The position numbers were made by a program, and so were the translations under genes. Of a stretch of 64,000 nt of DNA, positions 11,078 to 23,453 are shown piece by piece. Origin of the DNA: Podospora anserina (lineage: Eukaryota). The stretch covers positions 3,224,001 through 3,288,000 of the forward strand of contig CM030336.1 of NCBI GenBank assembly GCA_017654855.1. The letters run 5' to 3'. Position 1 is the first letter of the stretch. Each line of letters starts with the position of its first letter. The notes under the pieces were generated by a model, which was not told where the DNA came from, made no database searches, and was given only the letters and a program-made list of their open reading frames with translations.

Positions 11078-12526
11078 CTAAATGGCACTAGCCAAGTACT
11101 TTCGCTGATCTTGCATCGAATTTCCCCAATGCCTCAGCCTCGCCTGCATCCCATATTCCCACTCGGGCAACGAGACCAACTCCTTGAGAAAAGGACCCTG
11201 CTTCCCCGTCTCGCTTGCTCTGACCCACGACGAGATGGCATTCAGCACCTTGAGCGAGTCGGCGTCAAATACCATGCCGGCCATACGCATCTCCTCAAAC
11301 ATGTTGAGCACACCTTCGGCATTGCCGTACCTATACCACAAAATCCTCACCAGCTCGTTGTAAAAGGGCGTGCTGGCCCCCAAAACGTAGCTTGCCGGCC
11401 CAAGCTCCTTGACGCGCGGTAAAATGTTCAAGGCCAGCGGTGATGGGTGGGAAAATCTTTGGTGGAACAGACGGAGGGCGGCTAGAAGATAGCGGGGGTA
11501 CAGTGGACCGTAGATGTGCAGGGGAAATAGGTCATTGCCTGGTGCGTTTTCCTCGGCGTTGGCCGCAGGAGGAGCCGTATCAGCTTTTTTGCCATTGCGT
11601 CCCTTCGTCTTCAACACGGATGGCTCCAGCTTGTCCAACCCAAACCTGGCCACCATTGGAAAGACCTCCTTTTCTAAAATATCCCACAGCTCAAAGTCTG
11701 TTTTTGTGGCCTGCATCATCCCTTCGACTCGCGCGCGCTCGGCACGGCGGAGGGCTTCGTGCTGAACGGACTTGCCGAGTGGGTTGAGCACCATGTCGGG
11801 GTCAGCTCCAACGCGGGAGGCGGCACTTTCTGAATACCCATCGGGGCTCTTGAGCTCCTCGGCTTCGGTGATGTTGAGGGCTCGGCGGGCAGCATCACGG
11901 AGGCTCGGTGGAAAGCGCAAGAGAGCTTTGTTCCAGTCATTGGTGTTGGCTGCTTGTGTCATGGGGTGACTCTTGCCGTAGGGATGTTGGAGCTGTCTAG
12001 TATTTCTCGCTTCGACGTCGGCGGCATCTTGCATGATGATGTCGATTGTCTCACTAGCTGACGGCTGGGCTGGTAAATCCAAGGCCGCATCGCTCTTGGG
12101 CCAGCGCTGCTGCGTAGGCTTGAGGAGCGAGGGGTCTTGATGGCTCGAAGGTGACTGCTTGGCGGCAATTTCTTCAAAGATAGCCTTGAAGGCATCACGC
12201 TCGGTGGGTGTGATGGTCGATCGATCTCCAGCCTCTGTGAGAAGATGGTTCAATTCTCTGGGAGGGGGTCGCTCGTAGTCTTCTGGAAGCTCGAAGGGGA
12301 TGGATTCTCTTTTCGGGCCACCGGAAGCAGGGCCTCGCCTGTAAGATCCTGTTCTGTTTGGACGGGAGGATCTCCTTGGGGGCATATATGAAGACGGTCT
12401 GAGGGGCAGGTTTGTCGCCGCTGTGGTGTGCACAAAGGCTCGCAATGCTGGATTTGGAGCGGCATGCCGAGATATCCTCTGCAGGGTCCGGGTCTGGTAG
12501 AGAAATGGGAGAAGTGTTGTTGACAT
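11078..12526 (-). CDS. MTF2: Mtf2-like mitochondrial protein
   Basis: N-terminal MSTTLLPFLYQTRTL presequence-like; STITPTERDAFKAIF; TDFELWDILEKEVF; GPASYVLGASTPFYNEL. Confidence 0.7.
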   Translation of the reverse strand: MSTTLLPFLYQTRTLQRISRHAAPNPALRAFVHTTAATNLPLRPSSYMPPRRSSRPNRTGSYRRGPASGGPKRESIPFELPEDYERPPPRELNHLLTEAGDRSTITPTERDAFKAIFEEIAAKQSPSSHQDPSLLKPTQQRWPKSDAALDLPAQPSASETIDIIMQDAADVEARNTRQLQHPYGKSHPMTQAANTNDWNKALLRFPPSLRDAARRALNITEAEELKSPDGYSESAASRVGADPDMVLNPLGKSVQHEALRRAERARVEGMMQATKTDFELWDILEKEVFPMVARFGLDKLEPSVLKTKGRNGKKADTAPPAANAEENAPGNDLFPLHIYGPLYPRYLLAALRLFHQRFSHPSPLALNILPRVKELGPASYVLGASTPFYNELVRILWYRYGNAEGVLNMFEEMRMAGMVFDADSLKVLNAISSWVRASETGKQGPFLKELVSLPEWEYGMQARLRHWGNSMQDQRKYLASAI

Positions 12527-12987
12527 TTTGGAGACTGGTTGCGCACTATGAGTCCAGTCTTTGTTTGATGGGCAGGGCACAAGAATCTTTTGCGCACAGC
12601 ACCGGCGGCAGCGCTATCCAAAATTTCCAAAAGAATTGCCTGCAGGGGTTGACAAATTGTGAGCGCTAGACTTCTCACAGTACTAGCGTCTGCTGTTCAT
12701 TGTGGGGGAGTGGGGCACCTGGGCAGCCAACCCCACCAGGTTTGCCCCGTGATTACGCGACTGGATTGCATTTGCGACTCGAGCGCGTCGGGCTTAATTG
12801 ATTTTCATCTGCCAGCGCGACAGTTCACGTTTTGCTTTCTCTTGTCTTTGTCCACCTTCAGGTTGCTCTTTGGCACAAGGAACCTCCAACCTCGATCACC
12901 CTTGCTTAGTTTTTGGCAGCTCTTGACACCCTCCATTGGACTTTGACTTTTGTTTGAGATATTTAATTGCTCTCAGCTCGACACAAA

Positions 12988-14610
12988 ATGCCCCCTAAGA
13001 AGGAGCCCGTCATCAGTGCCTTTGAGCGGAAGCGTTTGGAGAACATTGCGGCGAACAATGCGATCCTCAGTGGGATATCAGCGACGGCTGATAAGATCAT
13101 TCCTTCGAAAGCGATACCCACGAAAACCAAGGCGAAAAAATCTACGCCACGTAAACGCGAACCGACCAAAGTCGCCCACCAGCCCGCCACAAGAAGAAGC
13201 ACGCGCTTAGCTGGTGTCGACGCTGACAACGACACCCTCAAGCGCAAGTTTGAGGTCGAGGTCGAGGCCGCGGCTGAGAAGGCGAAAGCCAAGAAGCTCC
13301 GAGTCAACGGAGACTTGCAGCTAGGAGACATTTCGGTAGAGGGGCGCAAATGGGAAGGCGGTGTTGACGGACTCGGGCTGCTCAAGGGCTTGTCAGTTCG
13401 CGGTGCCCAACCTGGTGTCAAAACCTTTGACGAAGACGATGTCGAGGAAACTTCAGATGAGAATCTCAAGGAGCTGAGACTGCGCATGCGCAATCTCAAG
13501 ATGTACGATAAATGGCCAGTTGCCGGTATGTTGTCCATGATGCATTGGCTCGCCCAACCCCAGGTTGACTGACACGAAGCAGACATTAAGATTGTTCCGC
13601 AGCGCATCTACTCAATGGGCTTCCATCCAACAGAGGACAAACCGATCATCTTTGCCGGCGATAAGGAAGGGGCCATGGGTATCTTCGATGCGTCCCAAGA
13701 GCCGATCAAGACCGAAGATGACGAAGACGAAGAAAGCTACTCTGACCCCGTGATATCAGCATTCAAGACGCACGCTCGCACCATTACCTCTTTTCAATTT
13801 TCCTCCGTCGATGCCAATGCCGTCTACACATCCTCTTACGATTCCTCCATCCGCAAGCTCGACTTGGACAAGGGGGTATCCACTCAGGTTTTTGCCCCGG
13901 TCGATGCAGGCGTGGAGCTTCCCATCAGTGCAATGGACATACCATCGACGGACCCAAACACGATTGTATTCTCGACACTAAATGGTCAGCTTGGACGCCA
14001 TGACATCCGGACCAAGCCGGCGGATGCTGAGATCTGGCATCTCGTGGATCCTAAAATCGGAGGGTTTTCTTTACATCCTCTACAGCCTCACCTTGTGGCT
14101 GCCGCATCGCTCGACCGCACTTTAAAGATCTGGGACTTGCGGAAAATACAAGGGACGGGGGATATGCGGAAGCCCGTCTTGCTGGGAGAGCATGAGTCCC
14201 GCTTGTCTGTCTCACATGCTAGCTGGAGCAGCGCCGGCCATATCGCGACGTCTAGCTACGATGATACCATCAAGATCTACTCTTTCCCTGATGCGGGCTC
14301 CTGGAAAGCAGGCGTCGAGCTTATTGACGACCAGATGGAACCAGTGCACAAGATTGCCCATAACAACCAAACTGGACGCTGGGTAACCATCTTGAAGCCT
14401 CAGTGGCAGAAGAGCCCATTTGACGGGATTCAAAAGTTCGCCATTGGCAACATGAACCGGTTCGTGGACATTTATGCGGCGAACGGAGAGCAACTGGCAC
14501 AGCTGGACGGCGATGGCATCACGGCTGTGCCGGCTGTAGCGCATTTTCACCCTACATTGGAATGGGTTGCCGGCGGTAATGCCAGCGGCAAGCTGTGCCT
14601 GTGGATGTAG
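12988..14610 (+). CDS. CMR1: DNA damage-binding WD40 protein CMR1/WDR76
   Basis: ISAFERKRLENIAAN N-terminus; WD repeats; HNNQTGRWVTILKPQW; GGNASGKLCLWM; intron 13526-13582. Confidence 0.92.
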
Positions 14611-15961
14611 CTTCTCTGTAATATCTTAGGAAATGGTTGAAGGGTTGTGTGGCTGGTTGGTTGGCATAGAGTGTGAGACGAGGCGTGCGAGGTGATGATA
14701 CCATGTACAATGCAACGGGAGTAATGTGTAGTGTTTTGTATGAGAAACTTTTGTATGACATGGAGTAGGAGAAGGCAGAACCTGGAATAACTATATATAT
14801 ACAATGCTGGGCTACCAACATATGTCATCCGAAACGGCCTCGATGGCTGTTGGCCCCATCATCTGCTCACGCACAATGTGCGGCGGAGCAATCAATGCTG
14901 ACGCGGCCGAGGTACAGGGTGTGGGAATTCTGTCAACGATATTTCAAACCCATAGGGGACTTTCCAGTTTCCCGTGCCCAGCTTCTAAAGATCGGAAACT
15001 TTCCTAATCTCTGTCTCGCATGTGACTCCATCTCTTGGAGACACAAAGGCGAACATGGGCTTGAGGCTGGCGTCATGCGGTCCCACCGCCGGGCTGCCTA
15101 TCGATAAGATAAGCGCACTCTTCAACCATCAGGTACCTACCTATTCCAAGGCAGCCTTGGGTGGACCCGAACAAGAATATCAACCATCAAGAGATAGGAT
15201 TTGGCATCGGGGAGCATCTGATGCCATGTCGCCATAACCACAGCTCTGTAGCTCAAGCCATCACCTGAGTAACTGCGAGATACTGCGTAAAACACGGAAA
15301 CCTTGGAAAACGGCATTTGACAAGCTCCCGGGTCAAAGTCGCGGCGGCTGTTGATTCCCTGCGCACCCGCTAAGCCCAATGCCGTCAAGGCACCCACTTG
15401 GCAGCAGACGCCCTGTCATCACCGTTCAGTGCGTGCATCAATCAACTCGGACCGCCTCGCTGTGCTCCGTCAACATCCGACACCTACCTTAGCACAGCGA
15501 CCAGCGACACAACGGCGGTCCCTCTCACTGGCCAACCTCTTTTTTTTCTTTTTCTTTTTTTTAACCTCGTACCGCACATCTGTACTCCCCTAGAAACACA
15601 ACTCCATCTTGTACCTATCCAGACTTTATTGACCGGTGATGCCATGATGCCTCATCCCCCAGCTCCAACCAACCCCACCTGATAAGCCCTACGGTTCGGC
15701 GCTAGGCTCCCTTGGCTTGTATCGCTGCCATCACCTGCCATCAACCACCTATCCACCATCCCCCAGCCTAGACCGCTGTCTGCCAGCCTGCAGAACGGTG
15801 TCACCTCTTCTCCAGGCATCCGACCGTCTGGTTCTTCCAATCTCTCTTCCTGCCAGCTGTGGTACGGAACCCTCGTTCATCACGGTACAAAGACAAGTGC
15901 ATAGGGTTCCATTACGACAGCCTCGCTTTACCCGTCTCTTAGACGGTAGCAGTCGTCCACC

Positions 15962-18900
15962 ATGGCTACTCCCAGTCAGTCAACGTCGTCTGCCGTTGCA
16001 GTTCCAATTGCTCCAGTAGAGGATACAACTGCTCCCTCTCCTGCCCCCACGAGCTCCCAGTCAGCAGCCCTCTCCAAGTCACAACACCTCGCCCACCCCC
16101 CTCCATCATCGGCCGTAAGAACACCGAATGCCGCCAGCCACGACGAGCGCACAGTGCGCCGCGTTTCACGAAAACTCCAAAAGAAACGCCATGACGACGA
16201 ACACACTCCCACCATGGAGCTCCCCGAATCACTGAAACAACAAGGCGACCATGCTGATAGCGATGAGGAAGTACTGCGGCCCCAGGGCTATGGCGGCGGC
16301 ATGTTTATGAACATGAACCAGAGCATATTCGGTCTGATAGCAGCAGCCGGTAGCCAGGCCGACTTTGGCGATCGCTTCGAAGGCCAGAGCTCGGACGAAG
16401 ACGATAACGACGTCGAAAGGGAAAATCCGATGGCCATGACCATTGCTGGGCACAAAGCCTTGCACCACAAGCCCTCCAAAAGCTTGAGCAGCCATCTTGC
16501 TCAGTCGACAGTGTTGAGGAAACATGGCGCCACCTCGAACAAGGTTGAAAGCAAGCATCGTAGAAAGATATCCGAGAGCCGTTTATTGCGCTCTGTGCCT
16601 GGTCTTTCCAAGTTGACTTCCAGGGCCAAGTCAAGCCTAAAGCCGCCGAAAACACAGGACGCAGAAACCGAAAAGCCGGGCGAGATGGACGACAAAGCCG
16701 AAGAAGCTTCTGCTTCTCAACCAGCTTCTGAGGTCACGCCTACGATCGAAATCACCAGGACCGAAAGTCGACAGACAGCACCGGTTATGAGCCGGATGCT
16801 GGAGGCGCGCGCGCAAATGGCTGCACGACCAAGCTTTGATCTGGAGAGGCCCTCGGGTGAACAAGCACACAGGCCAGAAGCTGGCGAAACAGGACCAACA
16901 GAACTGGCCAAGAGGCTCCAGGAGATCTTCCAGTTTGATACCCCAGAAGAAGTCATCAATGGTGGGTGACACGGATCCAACAGGAGGACATTAATAATTG
17001 GGGCACTGGCTAACGGAGAAACCATGCAGAATTTCCATGCTGGCTCCTTCAAAATGTATTACTCCAAGGATACATGTATATCACGGCCGGCCACGTTGCC
17101 TTTTACGCATACCTGCCCAAGAAAGCCGTAAGACTCGTCCTGTTTCGTCAGTGACACCCCCGATGCTAATGATACGTAGAATGAGGTGACAAAGTCTGGG
17201 TATCTTGCCAAGTGTGGCAAGCACAACCCCAAGTACAACCGCTACTTCTTCAGGCTCAAGGGAGATGTCCTGTCGTATTATAGAGACACCCAAAACCTAT
17301 ACTTTCCCAGCGGCCAAGTCGATCTCAGATACGGCATATCCGCAGAGATCACCGACAAGGACAAGGAAGGTGTCAACTTCACCATTGTGACCCACAAGAG
17401 AACCTACTACTTTAGAGCCGACAGCTCGTCTAGTGCCAAGGAATGGGTCAAGAGCCTGCGCAAGGTGATCTTCAAATCACACAACGATGGCGACAGCGTC
17501 AAGATCTCGTTGCCCATCGCCAACATTCTTGATGTGGAAGAAACCCAAATGTTGGGTTTCGCCGAAACGTGCAAGATACGAGTCATTGACAACGATGAGA
17601 CATACGCCATTGACGAGGTATGCCTCCCGATTGTTTGTGCTGTCATGTCGAGACACTGACCAATGATGACCATTAGTATTTCTTCTCCTTCTTCAGCTTT
17701 AGCGAAGAAGCCATTGACGTTCTCAAGACGCTCGTGGAGGGTTCTTCCTTGCAAACGCCAGGACAGAATGAGCTCGATGAACCTGCCTCTGAGGCACAGT
17801 CGAAGCGAACCAGCACGAGCGGCAGTCGTGAGCAAGTGCTCAAATCACTCAATACCCGTGGAGGCAAAATTACCCAGAGCATCAAAACCACGCTGTCGCC
17901 CATCTCGCCAGGACAACGTTCACCGAGCCCGCGCCCATGTCTCGACGGGCCCCGCACTAGTTTTGATGGGTTTCGGCCTTTCAGCAGGCGAAGTGTTGAT
18001 GTCAGCCGCGACGATATCCGCGGAAAGTCCCCACGTCGCAGCTTTAGCGAACGCCGGACTTCCTTCCACAGGCGCCATTTGTCTGAGAGCGGGACTGATC
18101 ACGATATGGAGAGACAAGAAGGCAGTGATTCTTATGTCCAAAGCATGGAGGACCCCAGCCAAGCGAGCATGTCTGGACTGATCGTCTCCGGAAGCAGCGA
18201 AGCCCCTTCGGCAAGCCAGATCCTTAGAGGGAGTGAGGTCTTTCACAACCCAGCCATCCACAGGTCGGCCTCAGCACCCCGCGCGCGGAATGAGCCAGCC
18301 GTGCCCGAGGCGCCAGGAACAGTCAAGGCCTCTCGGCCCCCATCGATTTCAGCTCAGAATGGTGAAACGGAGGGAAATCAGGCCATGCCAACGCTGCAGA
18401 ACACTGCCACAGTGGGGACCTTCCCATTCAAGGGTGCTGGTGCGCTCATGGGCTATCTGGATAGACAGTCCAGGAGGATGAGCAATCTCCTCGCGACAGA
18501 GTCTATGGGATATGTTGAGAAGGTATCAGGTATGTGGAAGGGCGGCAAGAAACACTATGACGAGCCTGCCGGCTTAAGAACCGATGAAGAAGATGCTGAA
18601 GACAACCCCGATGAGCGAGCCACCCATGAAGCCCGGTTCAGGGAACACTTTGCCCTGCCCAAGACTGAGAAGCTCCAGGCTGCTTACTATGCGCACATGA
18701 TGCGCGTACTTCCGCTCTACGGCAAGATCTACATCGGTAATCGTCACTTTTGCTTCCGCAGCCTGCTGCCAGGCACCCGCACCAAGCTTGTCCTTCCGCT
18801 CAAGGATATCGAAAATGTCGATAAAGAGAAGGGCTTCCGGTTTGGCTATGCCGGTTTGGTGGTGGTGATCCGTGGCCATGAAGAGCTCTTCTTCGAGTTC

Positions 18901-20823
18901 AACCGGGCCGAGATACGTGATGACTGCACCATCACGGTTCTGCAGAACCTGGAGGCGACCCGATATGTTCGTGATTCGGGTCTGTTGGACAGTGAGGATG
19001 CAGAAGATGCGCAGGCTGCTGTGGCGGAGCGGGATGCACTCCGGGAGGCCCGGAACGAGGAGTTTCCACATCATGAGGTCAAGCTGCCCCATGACGCCCA
19101 TTGTGTCTCTGAAGCGCCGACCATTTTGTTTGATGATCCCAAGGCTTCCATCCTCAACTTTAAGCCCAGCAAGTCCATGAAGATCACTTGTCTTACGATT
19201 GGGTCTCGTGGAGATGTTCAACCCTATATTGCCCTTTGCAAGCGACTGATGAAGGATGGCCATCGTCCCAGGATTTGCACTCACGCTGAGTTCCGAGACT
19301 GGATCGAGAGTCATGGGATTGAGTTTCGCCCTGTGGGTGGTGACCCAAGCGAGCTGATGAGGCTCTGCATTCAGAACGGCACCTTCACCTGGGCATTTCT
19401 CAAAGAGGCGAACTCGACGATGCGTGGCTGGCTTGACGACCTTCTTGTCACGGCTTGGGAAGCGTGCAAGGGCAGCGACCTCTTGATCGAATCACCCAGT
19501 GCCATGGCTGGCATTCACATCGCAGAGGCTCTTGGCATCCCATACTTCCGCGCCTTCACGATGCCGTGGACCCGCACTCGCGCCTACCCCCACGCCTTCA
19601 TCATGCCTGGACAAAAGCTTGGAGGAGCCTACAATTACGTGACCTACACTCTGTTTGACAATGTGTTTTGGCAAACCACCGCCAGTCAAATCAACCGGTG
19701 GCGCAACGTCTGGCTTGGGTTGCCAAACACGACACTTGACAAGCTGCAGATTAACAAGGTCCCGTTCTTGTACAACTTCTCTCCGTTTGTGGTCCCACCG
19801 CCCATTGACTTTAGTGACTGGATCCGCGTCACCGGGTACTGGTTTCTCGACGAGGGCGACGAGAACAAGTGGCAACCGTCCAAGGAGCTGCTCGACTTCA
19901 TCGACAAGGCCCGGGCAGACGGCAAAAAGCTTGTGTACGTTGGCTTTGGGTCTATTATAGTGCCTGACCCGGCCAAGATGACACAAGAGGTGATTGATGC
20001 TGTGCAGAAGGCGGATGTCAGATGCATTCTGAGCAAAGGCTGGAGTGACCGGTTACCTGGCTCGGGTGATGAAAAGGTTCCTGGTCCTGAAGAGGCCAAG
20101 GTTGAGCCACAGCTGCCGGAGGAGATCTTCCAGATCCAGTCAGCACCTCATGACTGGTTGTTCAAGCAGATTGATGCTGCTGCTCACCACGGGGGAAGCG
20201 GAACTACGGGTGCCAGTTTGCGGGCTGGCATTCCCACGATTATCAGGCCATTTTTTGGTGACCAGTTCTTCTTTGGAAGCCGGGTTGAGGACTTGGGAGT
20301 GGGAATCTGTCTCAAGAAGTGGGGGGCGAATTCTTTTGCAAGGGCGCTGTGGGAGGCTACGCACAGCGAGAGGATGATTGTGAAGGCGAGGGTGTTGGGG
20401 GAGCAGATTCGCAAAGTATGTTTCACACCGACTGCCCTATGCATACACTCGCGATGGTTACTGACAATTGGATTATAGGAAAATGGAGTTGACACAGCGG
20501 TCCAGTGCATCTACCGCGACATGGAATATGCCACCAATCTCATCCGGTCCAAGATGGGTAAGAACCATGCTCGGACAGGTGAGAATGTCAGCATGACGGA
20601 GGCCAACCTCAACAACGAGGATGAGGAGGAGAGCTGGACCTTTGTGGGAGACTCGGACACGGTCGAAGACTTGAGTTCCGAGGCTCTCATGAAGACGGTA
20701 GCCGATCTGAGAGACCTTCAAGCTTATCATGGCGACAATGCCGACAAGACTCAGGGTAATACAGTGGTAGGGGGCGCGGTGGGCGCTGGAGTGGAGACGG
20801 TGAAGGGGAAGGGGGTGAGTTAA
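15962..20823 (+). CDS. ATG26: Sterol 3-beta-glucosyltransferase (PH, GRAM and GT28/UDPGT domains)
   Basis: GRAM ([17 protein letters not shown]), PH domain, [36 protein letters not shown]. Introns at about 16962-17028, 17128-17179, 17618-17676 and 20416-20478. Confidence 0.95.
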
Positions 20824-23453
20824 TTGTGCTGTCTGTGCGGTGATTTGGATCTGATGTTTTGCGATGGTTTCTTTCCTTGGTTTGACACACAGCTCTTGTT
20901 TCTTTGACAATAACATTCGTCCTGTGGCTTGGTGAAAGCTTTTGTACCTACCTACATGGCAAAGAGGCCTGAGATGACTAACTGTTTTTCTTTTTTTTTC
21001 CTCTTACAGGTTCAGATTTGGAGGTGGTTGTTTGGATAAACAGAGGAGGGGGAGGGCTAGCAACCGGGCGTTTTTGGGTTTCCTATTTTCTTTTTTTTTC
21101 TTTTACGACGGGGAGATGATGCTTTTTTCAACACGCAAAGGTAAATAATGAACGACATCGGAGCATAATGAGGCAAGACGATTTCAAGAGCAGGGCTTAC
21201 AGCACCTGCCCTCGGTTGAGATGAAACAGATACAGAGATAGGAGATACAAGCTTTGATAGAGGGTGCCGACGGGGGGAGAAACTGGATAGTTAAGTAAGA
21301 GGGGCAAAGGGCTTCTTAATGCTATGGAGTCTTTCCTATAGGTACTATTAGTGGACATATGGGTGGTGGGATGTAATGAATTGTAAACATTTCTTCAGAG
21401 TGAATGGTGGGTTTTGTTTGGGTGATGGTTTATGTGGTATTTTGGAGCAGAATGGATATGTGATGTACACAACTTACGAAAGAATCTTTTGAGACAAAAT
21501 GTAAAACGCAGCAAAAGACTTTACCTGATATATGTATGTGTATGTACATGTTGATTTTGTTTTTCTGGGTTCAGAAATAAGAGGAGAATGAACATTTGCA
21601 ACGCCTAGACTATTTCCAGTTCATGATGCCAGACATGCAAACACACATGGAGATGACCTTTTCGAAGCCGCCTGAATCTTGACGATTTGGTGTATAACTG
21701 TAGAAAATGACATGACCGGGGTCTTGAAATGCTCCCAGTTGTAGATTTCATTCCTTCAACTATATTGAAGAGGTCAAGACGCTCGGAGATGCTCCAGAAG
21801 TTTCAAAAGCCAGATATATATCCATACAAGAAAGGCCTCACACAGACCAAAGAACCTGACCGATACGTGGATGACAAGTTTTCAATACCTTGATTGTCTT
21901 TGACAACGGTTTGCTACCCGACAGATCTACCAAACGGCTGGGATGGAACTTTCTTTGGCTGCAGAGTCTTGTGACTGGGCGGAGAGACAAAGACTCATTG
22001 ATTCTCTTGCTCCTGGGCAGAGCCACCCTTGGTTTGTCAAGGGACGGCTAGAATTAGATAGGTTTCCTTGTTTGCCCACGCTCACGGAGTAAAACACACG
22101 GCAAGACCAACTGAAAGCATAGCGATAATTATTGTGAATAGTTTGCACGGTTGGACTGCAACTATTCACATCTCATCCACAGAGGGAGGGAACCAAGGGT
22201 GTGATGGATATGTTTTCGCCTCTGGGAGACATGTTTCAGGAGCAGCTTCAGAGGCAGCAGTCGAGTCACTGTGTCAGGAGACCTTGGTGGATGATGACAG
22301 ACCACGGACAGGGAATGCGGGAGGTGGATGATTGGTTGCGTCACGCCACTTTGGCTTTGGATTGGATCAAGAGAGCTTCCAGAAGGTCTGTATTTGACTG
22401 GTAGGCTAGAGCCGCACGTTGGAGCAGGTGGAAGAGCTGATCCGAACATATACACCACACAAGATCATAACCAGTCCAAACTGTTGGGATATGGCCGGCA
22501 GAAAGGAATGTGTTGACAATGGAGAAAGCGAGTCAGTGGATGAGTGGATGGAATGCATCTCTTCCGAGTTTGAGCCACAGCACCAGCCACAACTGACCCC
22601 GCAACCGGGAGAGCAGCAGCAGGTGGTGGTGGAAACTGGCCAACCAAAGGCAGCCTTGAAGCGGAGGAGCCCCGGAAAGGGTACAAAAGGGCCTGCCCAT
22701 CCCGCCCAATCTTGGGGGAAGGCCCCAAGGCCGGTTCCATTGCGACGACGACTCCCATCACTTTTTTTTTTTTTTTACACAATTACATCACCGGTATCTA
22801 TTTTTGCTACACAGCCTCCCAACTTTATACACATATCGACACAAGCTGCACAAGCCCTACATTTGTCAACAAGAGCATAGCTTGTTGCCAGTCGAACTTC
22901 CACCCATCCATCAACAAGTCTGCTGATTTAGATACCGTTGACACACCTCTGTCGTTCGGCTTGCTCATTTTGATATCTCCGGCGGCGCAAAGTGGCTCGA
23001 GCGTCTCTTGCTCAGAATTCCGACAGACCAATCAGCATCCTTATAGAAGCTTGGACCACCCACCCATCTCAGCTGCACGACGCTAGGCCCTGTTTGAACT
23101 GATAGCTCCCCACCACCTGCAGCTTCGATTGCTGCAACTGATTGTGAGCTTTCACAGGAGTCGCGATCCAGGACATAAGTTGCGGAAACTTGGCCGTTGT
23201 TTGCTTCCTTCCCAACTTCACCACACAACGAACCCATCCATCAATACTTGTTCCACGCGTGTCATCGCGCGATGGGTAGAGACAGGAAGCTTCATTCGTA
23301 AGCATTTTCCTTCAAAACCACCAGAGCAGCAACAGTCCCTCGAACTAGGTAACAAAAGCTGACCCATCATACACTCGACAGCCGACTACCTTTCATCGAC
23401 TCACGAACATAAAACCAATCCTTTCAGAACAAACACGCGCACGACCCCAAACA

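Noticed and set aside
21800..23400. Several 60-150 aa ORFs between ATG26 and FCP1
   Set aside because: No motifs, no codon bias and overlapping frames; more likely promoter and long 5' leader
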